From positions 32,001 to 96,000 of the forward strand of contig CAWKNZ010000009.1 in NCBI GenBank assembly GCA_963851265.1: a stretch of DNA of 64,000 nt, given 5' to 3'. Of this stretch, positions 56,439-64,000 are shown piece by piece. Origin of the DNA: an uncultured Gemmatimonadales bacterium (GTDB taxonomy: Bacteria; Gemmatimonadota; Gemmatimonadetes; Gemmatimonadales; Gemmatimonadaceae). Under the pieces are notes generated by a model, which saw only the letters and a program-made list of their open reading frames with translations, was not told the origin of the DNA and did not search any database. Made by a program: the position numbers and the translations under genes. The stretch's first letter is position 1; each line of letters opens with the position of its first letter.

Positions 56439-57359
56439 ATGACACACACGAACGGTCACGCGAGCGCCGACAACGCGTCGCCGGCGCGTGACGCGTGACG
56501 CCCGGCGCGTGACGCGCCGACGCTCGCCGCATCGGACCCATTCACGTCGTTCAAGGCCGCCCAGCGCGACGTGTGGGCCGGCTTCGCCGTGAACGAGGCG
56601 GCGACCACGCCTCCTGCCGCTGCCCTCGTCGGGTTCGCCGCGGTGCGCCCGGGCGAGACGGTGCTCGACGTGGGGTGCGGCACGGGTGTCGTGGCGCTCA
56701 CCGCGGCCCGCGTCGGCGCGCACGCAACGGGGCTCGACCTCACGCCCGCCCTGCTCGAGCGCGCCCGCGAGCACGCCCGGATCGTACAGCTCGCCGTCAC
56801 GTTCGACGAGGGTGATGCCGAGTCGCTCCCCTACCCCGACGCGGCGTTCGACGTGGTGCTCAGCCAGTTCGGCCACATGTTCGCGCCACGACCCGAGGTC
56901 GCGACCGCAGAGATGCTCCGCGTGCTGAAGCCCGGCGGGCGGATCGCCTTCTCGACCTGGCCGCCGGAACACGGGATGGGCCAGCTGTTCGCCCTGCTCG
57001 GTCGGTACCAGCAGCTGCTGCAGCCGCCCGCCCCCGGCGCGCCTCCCCCCGGCGCGCCCGCCCCCGCCGCGCCGGCGCGGTGGGGCGACCCGGCCGTCGT
57101 ACGCGAGCGGCTCGGCGAGGCCGTGACCGACCTGCGGTTCGACCGGGGCGTGATGGCGACTCCGGCGCTCAGCCCCCGGCATGCGCTGGCCTTTCTCGGC
57201 GCCACGTTCGGCCCGCTCGTCCGGATCGTCGCCGGGCTGGACGCGCAACCGGAGCGCGTCGCGCAGCTGCGCGACGAGGTCCTCGCGCTGCTGGACGGGA
57301 TCTTCGTCGACAACACGCTGCGGCAGCATTTCCTGATGACACGCGCCCTCAAGCGCTAA
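56439..57359 (+). CDS. Class I SAM-dependent methyltransferase (in-frame TGA at 56496-56498 if ATG 56439 is the start)
   Basis: VLDVGCGTG, GDAESLPY, FDVVLSQFGHMF, RVLKPGG. The DPF..FKAAQ..W segment lies upstream of the GTG at 56571. Confidence 0.8.
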
Positions 57360-57508
57360 CGCCCGCCCCCCGGTCGGCGCTCGTCCGACCGCGTCTGCAC
57401 GTCCTGCTCGAAGGGGCGCGTCACGTCGTCGGCAGCCACAGGCGTGGCAATGCCTGGCAGACGGACTGCGGCCGGTCGATTTGACGCGACTCGTCGACCG
57501 GTCGACGC

Positions 57509-58363
57509 ATGCGGGCGAACCTGCGGCTCCTGAAACGCCATGCCACGCGATTGGAGGACTTCGATGTCCGCACCACCACGCCCACTGTCTCCGACCCACC
57601 GCGACGGTCGGTGGGAGCTCGTCGTCCATCGGACACCGCCGGTGCCCGAGCCGTGAGGGGCGCCGCGCTCTGGAGCATGGTCGCCGCACTCGCGCCTGCG
57701 GCGCTCGTGGCGCAGGCGACTCCGCCGCGCGCCGGTGCGCTCGGCGTGCCGTCGGCATCGGACGAGGTACGGTGCGTGGATCCGGCGGCGGCTGTCCCGC
57801 GCCCGGCGTACGGCTGCTTCAACGTCGGCCACCGCGCCGGCCTGACGTTCGCCGACACGCTCGTCGTCTGGCGCCTGTATCGCTTCGCGGACCGCGCCGC
57901 CGCCGAGGCGGCCCGCAGCCCGCGCGGCGTGGTGGCGGAGGTCGCAGACACCGTGTGGCTGAGTGAACTCGCGGAGCAGGGGGCGCCGCCGGCGCGCGCG
58001 GCCGGCGGCGCCCTCGCGCTGGAGAGCGGTCCGCTGGTGCTACCCCCGGCGCCCAGCTACGAGGCGAGCCTGGCGTACGCGGTCTTCCGCCCCGGGATGC
58101 GCTCGCGCGTGCACGTGCACGCCGGGCCCGAGGCGTTCTACGTGCTCGCGGGCGCGCAGTGCGTCGAAACGCCCGCCGGCGTCGTCCGCACCGCGGCCGG
58201 CGGGACGACCGTGCTTGCAGCCGGCACCCCGATGGCGCTCGCCGCGGCAGGCGACGGAGAGCGCCGCGCGTTCGCGATCGTCGTGCACGACGCGCGGCGC
58301 CCGCAGGCGGAGGCCACGCCGTGGCGCCCCGCGGGCGCGTGTGGCGGCACGACGGGACGTTAG
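57509..58363 (+). CDS. Exported cupin-domain protein
   Basis: HVHAGPEAFYVLAG cupin motif and a signal-like segment. Start is probably 57653 or 57677. Confidence 0.72.
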   Translation: MRANLRLLKRHATRLEDFDVRTTTPTVSDPPRRSVGARRPSDTAGARAVRGAALWSMVAALAPAALVAQATPPRAGALGVPSASDEVRCVDPAAAVPRPAYGCFNVGHRAGLTFADTLVVWRLYRFADRAAAEAARSPRGVVAEVADTVWLSELAEQGAPPARAAGGALALESGPLVLPPAPSYEASLAYAVFRPGMRSRVHVHAGPEAFYVLAGAQCVETPAGVVRTAAGGTTVLAAGTPMALAAAGDGERRAFAIVVHDARRPQAEATPWRPAGACGGTTGR

Positions 58364-58755
58364 GCAGATGCACGCATGCTCACCGTCCCGGGCGTCCGCG
58401 CGTCGGGTCGATAACACCCGTTAGGCCGGCGCGGTCGTGAGGTCCGCCGCGTGGCGGGTGCCGTGCGGGCCGGTGACACCCGGCCCGCACGCCGAGGCGT
58501 GGACACGGCCCCGGTCGGGCGCGCCGACGCGCGCCGCCACGCGTGTTCCCGATGGCGCAGCGTCCACGCTACGCCGTCGCACGACGTCGATCGACGGAGA
58601 CCGTGTCGCGTGCGCCCGGACGTCCCCGTTGCGCGTGCGATTTGTTGCGTCACAATGTAATGTGTGAGATCCGAACGGAGCACGACGGCGCCCGCACACC
58701 GGGCGCGCGCGCGCCTCCGTGCCTGGACACCGTGCATCCGACGCCGCCGCCTCGA

Positions 58756-60639
58756 ATGTCCGTATTCGCCACCGCGCGTCCTCGACACGCCGCCGTCGGC
58801 GTGGTCCCGCGCCCTCGCACCCTGGCGCTTCTCGCCGGGCTTCTGTTGGCCGGCGCCTGCGTGCGCGAACGGGAACGCGCGCCCGCCGCCGAAGCGGCGC
58901 GGTCCCCCGCCCTCCCCAGCGGCCCGCGCGCGAGTGCGGTCCTCGACGCCGAAGACGGCCAGTGGACGCGGCCCGCCAAGAGCTACTCGTCGCTGCGCTA
59001 CAGCCAGCTCGGCGAGATCACGACGGCCAACGTGCGCGGCCTGCGGCCAGCGTGGACGTTCTCGACCGCGGTGCTGCGCGGGCACGAGGAGCCGCCGCTC
59101 GTCGTGAACAACACGATGTACGTGCTCACGCCGTTCCCGAACCTGCTCTACGCGCTGGACCTGACGCAGCCGGGCGCGCCGGTGAAGTGGACGTACACGC
59201 CCAAGCCCGAGCCGGCGTCGCAGGGCGTCGCCTGCTGCGACGTCGTGAACCGCGGGCCGGTCTACGACAACGGCCGCATCTTCTACAACACGCTCGACGA
59301 CCACGTCGTCGCGGTGGACGCGGCCACGGGCAGGGAGGTCTGGAAGACCAAGGTCGGCGAGATCAACCTCGGCGAGACCATGACCATGGCGCCGCTCGTC
59401 GTGAAGGGGAAGGTGCTGGTCGGCGATTCGGGCGGCGAGATGGGCGTGCGCGGGTGGATCAAGGCGCTCGACGCCGGGACCGGGAAGGTGGTCTGGACGG
59501 CGTACAACACCGGACCCGACAAGGACGTGCTGATCGGGCCGCGTTTCAAGGCGTTCTATCCCAAGGATCAGGGGAAGGACCTCGGCGTGAACTCGTGGCC
59601 CGGCACGCAGTGGCAGATCGGCGGCGGCACGGTGTGGGGGTGGCTGTCGTACGACCCCGAGCTGAACCTGGTCTACTACGGCAGCGGCAACCCCGGGCCG
59701 TGGAACCCGTCGCAGCGGCCGGGCGACAACAAGTGGACGTCGACCGTGTTCGCGCGCGACCCCGACACGGGTGAGGCGGTGTGGGCCTACCAGGTGAGTC
59801 CGCACGACATGCACGACTACGACGAGGTCAACGAGTCGTTGCTCCTCACGGTGCCGTGGAAGGGACGGCAGCGCCGCGTGCTGCTGCGCCCCGGGCGCAA
59901 CGGCTACGTGTACCTCATCGACCGGACCAACGGCGAGGTGCTGTCGGCGGAGCCCTTCGTGCACATCACGACGACGAAGGGCGTCGACCTGAAGACAGGG
60001 CAGCTGCTGTACGAGCCGACGCAGGAGCCGCAGGTGGGCCGGGTGGTGCGCGACGCCTGCCCCGCAGCGCCGGGCGGCAAGGACTGGCAGCCGTCGGCGT
60101 TCTCGCCGCGCACGGGGCTCGCGTACCTGCCGCACCAGAACCTCTGCCAGGACGTCGAGGGGCTCGAGGCCAACTACATCGCCGGCACGCCGTACGTCGG
60201 GATGAACGTGCGCATGAAGGCGGGCCCGGGCGGCCACCGCGGCGAGTTCACGGCGTGGGACCCGGTCGCGGCGCGCCCGGTCTGGACGATCAAGGAGCGC
60301 TTCCCGGTGTGGAGCGGCGCGCTCGTCACGGCGGGCGACGTCGCCTTCTACGGCACGATGGACGGCTGGTTCAAGGCGGTCGACGCGCGCACGGGCCGGG
60401 AGCTGTGGAAGTTCAAGTGCGGCTCGGGGATCATCGGCCAGCCGGTGACCTACCGCGGGCCGGACGGGAAGCAGTACGTCGCGATCGCGTCCGGCGTGGG
60501 CGGGTGGTCGGGCGCGATCGTCTCGGGCGGCCTCGACCCGCGCGACTCGACGATCGCGTTAGGCTTCGGCGCCGCGATGGCCGACCTGCCGCAGGCGACC
60601 ACGAAGGGGGGCACGATCTACGTGTTCGCGCTGCCGTGA
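58756..60639 (+). CDS. xoxF: PQQ-dependent methanol/alcohol dehydrogenase, lanthanide-type (XoxF-like)
   Basis: LRGHEEPPLVV, vicinal ACCDVVNRG, GGEMGVRG, GNPGPWN, RPGDNKW, HDMHDYDEVNE (D-x-D), SGIIGQP, GVGGW. Confidence 0.85.
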   Translation: MSVFATARPRHAAVGVVPRPRTLALLAGLLLAGACVRERERAPAAEAARSPALPSGPRASAVLDAEDGQWTRPAKSYSSLRYSQLGEITTANVRGLRPAWTFSTAVLRGHEEPPLVVNNTMYVLTPFPNLLYALDLTQPGAPVKWTYTPKPEPASQGVACCDVVNRGPVYDNGRIFYNTLDDHVVAVDAATGREVWKTKVGEINLGETMTMAPLVVKGKVLVGDSGGEMGVRGWIKALDAGTGKVVWTAYNTGPDKDVLIGPRFKAFYPKDQGKDLGVNSWPGTQWQIGGGTVWGWLSYDPELNLVYYGSGNPGPWNPSQRPGDNKWTSTVFARDPDTGEAVWAYQVSPHDMHDYDEVNESLLLTVPWKGRQRRVLLRPGRNGYVYLIDRTNGEVLSAEPFVHITTTKGVDLKTGQLLYEPTQEPQVGRVVRDACPAAPGGKDWQPSAFSPRTGLAYLPHQNLCQDVEGLEANYIAGTPYVGMNVRMKAGPGGHRGEFTAWDPVAARPVWTIKERFPVWSGALVTAGDVAFYGTMDGWFKAVDARTGRELWKFKCGSGIIGQPVTYRGPDGKQYVAIASGVGGWSGAIVSGGLDPRDSTIALGFGAAMADLPQATTKGGTIYVFALP

Positions 60640-61211
60640 CGCGCGCGTCGACGCGACCGCTCGTGATCGCCGCGCTGCTCGCGCTGGTCGGCTGCGAGCG
60701 CGAGCAGCGCGAGTTCCGCGAATCGCCGCCGAGCGCGATGCCGGCCGGGATCGTGCGGGTGAGCGCGCTGCAGCCCGGGCCGACGCTCGACTCGACCCAC
60801 GTGCGCAACCCCGACGAGGCGCGCGCCTACGACGTGAGCGAGGGGCAGCGGCTGTTCGCGTGGTACAACTGCAGCGGCTGCCACTCCAACGGCGGCGGCG
60901 GCATGGGGCCCGCGCTCATCGACGACACGTGGATCTACGGGAGCGCGCCGGAGAACATCTACGAGACCATCGTGCAGGGGCGGCCCAACGGCATGCCCTC
61001 CTTCGGCTCGCGCATCCCGACCCCGCAGGTGTGGCAGCTCGTCGCCTACGTGCGTTCGCTCGGCGGCCTGACGTCGGTGACCGTCAACTCGGCGCGCACC
61101 GACCACATGATGTACCAGCCCGGCTCGCAGGCTGTCCCGCAACCGCAGCCCGGTTCGGGGCCCGCTAAGGGGCAGGGGTCGAGCCGCCCGCCGGCGTCCG
61201 AGATGCCGTGA
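60636..61211 (+). CDS. c-type cytochrome lipoprotein (XoxG/cytochrome cL-like)
   Basis: LVGC lipobox, NCSGCH haem motif, GMGPALIDDTWIYG. GTGA overlap with xoxF. Confidence 0.85.
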   Translation: MTRASTRPLVIAALLALVGCEREQREFRESPPSAMPAGIVRVSALQPGPTLDSTHVRNPDEARAYDVSEGQRLFAWYNCSGCHSNGGGGMGPALIDDTWIYGSAPENIYETIVQGRPNGMPSFGSRIPTPQVWQLVAYVRSLGGLTSVTVNSARTDHMMYQPGSQAVPQPQPGSGPAKGQGSSRPPASEMP

Positions 61212-61227
61212 GGGAGATGCCGTGAGG
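61200..61227. repeat. Tandem duplication (GAGATGCCGTGAGG)x2
   Basis: Two perfect 14-bp units spanning the cytochrome stop codon and the coxB RBS region. Confidence 0.85.
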
Positions 61228-61235
61228 GACGTCCC

Positions 61236-62189
61236 GTGAATCCGCATTCGGTGCTCGACCCCGTCGGCCCGCAGGCGGCGCGCGTCGCGAAACTGTGGTG
61301 GTTTTCGTTCGCGACGGCGACCGCGGTCTACGTGCTGACCATCGGCACGCTGCTGTGGGCCGCGTGGCGCGCGTGGCGCCGCACGCGCGAGGGCGCGGTG
61401 GTCGCCGCGGACGGAGAGCGGCGCATGACGCGCGCGGTCGCGACGGCGACCGGCGTCACGGTCGCCGTCCTGCTCGTCTTTCTCGTCTACGACCTCACGG
61501 TCGGGCGCGCCATGACGCCGGCGCCGGTGAAGCGGCCGCTGACGATCGAGGTGACGGGGCACCAGTGGTGGTGGGAGGTGCAGTACGCCGACACGTCGCC
61601 GCACGGGCGGTTCACGACCGCGAACGAGGTGCACGTGCCGGTGGGCGTGCCGGTCGTGTTCCTGCTCACCGCGCGCGACGTGATCCACAGCTTCTGGGTG
61701 CCCAACCTCGGCGGCAAGAAGGACCTGATCCCCGGCTACACGCAGAGCGTCTGGTTCCAGGCCGACACGCCGGGCGTGTACCGCGGGCAGTGCGCGGAGT
61801 TCTGCGGCCTGCAGCACGCGAAGATGGGGCTGCTCGTCGTGGCGGATCCGCCCGACCGCTACGCCGCGTGGGTCAGGGGGATGCAGCAGCCGGCCGCCAC
61901 GCCGGTGGACTCCGCCGCGCGGCGCGGCGAGGCGGTCTTCATGAACGGCACCTGCGTGATGTGTCACGCGATCGAGGGCACGCGCGCGCGGTCGGTCGCG
62001 GGGCCCGACCTCACGCACCTCGCCAGCCGCCGCACGATCGCCGCGGCCACGCTGCCCAACAACCGCGGCAACCTCGGCGGGTGGATCGTCGACCCGCAGC
62101 GCATCAAGCCCGGCACGCACATGCCGCCCAACGGCCTGCCCGCGCAGGAGCTGGACGCGCTGCTGACCTACCTCCAGACCCTTCGCTGA
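61236..62189 (+). CDS. coxB: Cytochrome c oxidase subunit II with fused cytochrome c (caa3-type)
   Basis: Two TMs, GHQWWW, DVIHSFW, CuA motif CAEFCGLQHAKM, C-terminal CVMCH. Confidence 0.93.
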   Translation: MNPHSVLDPVGPQAARVAKLWWFSFATATAVYVLTIGTLLWAAWRAWRRTREGAVVAADGERRMTRAVATATGVTVAVLLVFLVYDLTVGRAMTPAPVKRPLTIEVTGHQWWWEVQYADTSPHGRFTTANEVHVPVGVPVVFLLTARDVIHSFWVPNLGGKKDLIPGYTQSVWFQADTPGVYRGQCAEFCGLQHAKMGLLVVADPPDRYAAWVRGMQQPAATPVDSAARRGEAVFMNGTCVMCHAIEGTRARSVAGPDLTHLASRRTIAAATLPNNRGNLGGWIVDPQRIKPGTHMPPNGLPAQELDALLTYLQTLR

Positions 62190-62202
62190 CCGGAGCGACG
62201 TC

Positions 62203-64000
62203 GTGACCGCATCCGCGATTCCCGTCCCCACGACCGCGCCGCCCGGCGCGGCCGAGCGCGACGACGCCGAGCTGGCGGCGCTGCGGCGCACGTGGCGCGC
62301 GCCGGGCGGACTCTGGGGGTGGCTCACCTCGGTCGATCACAAGGACATCGGGCGTCGCTACGCGGCGACCGCGTTCCTGTGGTTTCTGCTCGCCGGGGTC
62401 AACGCGCTGCTGATGCGCCTGCAGCTCGCGCGGCCCGAGGGCCACGTGTTGGGCCCCGACCAGTACGACCAGGCGTTCACCACGCACGGCACGGCGATGA
62501 TGTTCCTCTTCGCCGTGCCCACGATGGCCGCGATCGCGCTGTACCTCGTGCCGCTCATGGTCGGCACGCGCAACGTCGCGTACCCGCGGCTCAACGCGTT
62601 CGGCTACTACGTGTTCCTGATCGGCGGGCTGTTCCTCTTCACCTCGCTGTACCTCAACACCGGGCCGGACACCGGGTGGTTCGCCTACGTCCCGCTGTCG
62701 GGCCCGGAGTACTCGCCGGGGAAGCGCGTCGACGTGTGGGCGCAGGTGGTGACGTTCACCGAGATCGCGGGACTCGTCTCGGCGGTCGAGGTGATCGCGA
62801 CCGTGCTCAAGCTGCGCGCGCCGGGGATGTCGCTCAACCGCATCCCGCTCTACGTGTGGTCGGCGTTCGTGATCTCGGTGATGATCATCTTCGCGATGCC
62901 CGCGATCGCCACGGCGAGCACGCTGATGCTCGCGATGGACCGGCTCGTCGCGACGCACTTCTTCAACCCCGCCGAGGGGGGCGACGCGCTGCTCTGGCAG
63001 CACATGTTCTGGTTCTTCGGGCACCCGGAGGTCTACATCATGTTCCTCCCCGGGCTCGGCTTCGCGTCGGCGGTGATCGAGACGTTCACGGGGCGGCGCA
63101 TCTTCGGATATCCGGTGATGGTACTGTCGCTCTTCCTCACCGGGTTCGTGGCGTTCGGGCTCTGGGTGCACCACATGTTCGCCACGCCGCTGCCGCAGCT
63201 CGGGCAGAGCTTCTTCACGGCGGCGAGCGTGCTGATCGCGATCCCGACCGGCGTGCAGATCTTCTGCTGGATCGCGACGATCTGGGCCGGGCGCCCGCGC
63301 TTCACGACGTCGATGCTCTTCGCCCTCGGCTTCCTCGTCGTGTTCGTGATCGGCGGGCTCACGGGGGTGATGATCGCCTCGGTCCCGTTCGACCTGCAGG
63401 TGCACGACACCTACTTCATCGTCGCGCACTTCCACTACGTGATCCTCGGCGGCGTGGTCTTCCCGATCTTCGCCGCGACGTACCTGTGGTACCCGAAGGC
63501 GGTCGGGCGCATGCTCGACGAGCGGTTGGGGCGATGGCACTTCTGGCTGTTCTTCGTCGGCGTCAACGTGACGTTCTTCCCGATGCACCTGCTCGGGTTC
63601 GCCGGCATGCCGCGCCGCGTCTACACGTACCTGCCCGAGATGGGGTGGGGCAACCTGAACCTGCTCGCGACGGTGGGGTCGTGGATCATCACCGCGAGCA
63701 TCGTCGTCTTCCTCGTCAACGTCGTGCGGAGCGCGCGCAGGGGGGCGGTCGCGGGCCCGAATCCGTGGGGCGCGCCGTCGCTCGAGTGGGCGGCCGCGTC
63801 GCCGCCGGAGCCGTGGAACTTCCGGCAGCTGCCGACGGTCGAGAGCCACACGCCGCTGTGGACGGCCGCCGAGCGCGGGGAACTGCCCGTGCTCACCGGG
63901 CTGCGCACCGACCGCCGCGAGGTGCTCGTGACGAGTTCGCTCGACGCGGTCCCCGACAACCGGCACGAGCACCCGCGCGAGTCGATCTGGCCGCTGGTGA
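62203..64000 (+). CDS. ctaD: Cytochrome c oxidase subunit I (3' partial)
   Basis: Read manually from GTG 62203: SVDHKDIG, FWFFGHPEVY (A1-type), WVHHMF, HDTYFIVAHFHYV, GMPRR. Open to the window end. Confidence 0.93.
   Translation, partial: MTASAIPVPTTAPPGAAERDDAELAALRRTWRAPGGLWGWLTSVDHKDIGRRYAATAFLWFLLAGVNALLMRLQLARPEGHVLGPDQYDQAFTTHGTAMMFLFAVPTMAAIALYLVPLMVGTRNVAYPRLNAFGYYVFLIGGLFLFTSLYLNTGPDTGWFAYVPLSGPEYSPGKRVDVWAQVVTFTEIAGLVSAVEVIATVLKLRAPGMSLNRIPLYVWSAFVISVMIIFAMPAIATASTLMLAMDRLVATHFFNPAEGGDALLWQHMFWFFGHPEVYIMFLPGLGFASAVIETFTGRRIFGYPVMVLSLFLTGFVAFGLWVHHMFATPLPQLGQSFFTAASVLIAIPTGVQIFCWIATIWAGRPRFTTSMLFALGFLVVFVIGGLTGVMIASVPFDLQVHDTYFIVAHFHYVILGGVVFPIFAATYLWYPKAVGRMLDERLGRWHFWLFFVGVNVTFFPMHLLGFAGMPRRVYTYLPEMGWGNLNLLATVGSWIITASIVVFLVNVVRSARRGAVAGPNPWGAPSLEWAAASPPEPWNFRQLPTVESHTPLWTAAERGELPVLTGLRTDRREVLVTSSLDAVPDNRHEHPRESIWPLV

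Noticed and set aside
58614..58634. Sigma54 promoter for xoxF
   Set aside because: GG-to-GC spacing is 11 nt, not the required 10.

Overview
This is a very GC-rich (about 74% by eye) bacterial chromosome segment. Its gene content suggests Gemmatimonadota (inference from TPEP/VPEP-CTERM proteins, Hanks-type kinases and an Oar-like TonB receptor). From left to right it holds: the end of an M14-type peptidase; a four-gene type IV minor-pilin cassette; a complete cyanophycin locus (cphA convergent with iadA-cphB, each arm behind a sigma54-like promoter); M48 and MBL hydrolases; a membrane protein/lipoprotein/phospholipase C/lysozyme operon; a TonB receptor with secreted phosphoesterases and PEP-CTERM proteins; a PAS-GGDEF-EAL protein; a frameshifted Tat oxidoreductase; a cluster of unknown envelope proteins; a CocE/creatininase/ketopantoate-reductase/SDR/APC cluster; an orphan RND pump; two Ser/Thr kinases; and a lanthanide-type XoxF-like dehydrogenase linked to cytochrome c and a caa3-type oxidase. 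No rRNA, tRNA, CRISPR array or mobile element was seen. The most striking unexplained signal is the non-palindromic word GCCTAAC(G/A). I counted 31 copies by eye, split evenly between strands, inside and between genes, where it forces rare TTA/CTA codons and supplies stop codons, much like a DNA uptake sequence. Product calls rest on motif recognition only; no searches were run, and several start codons are my choices.
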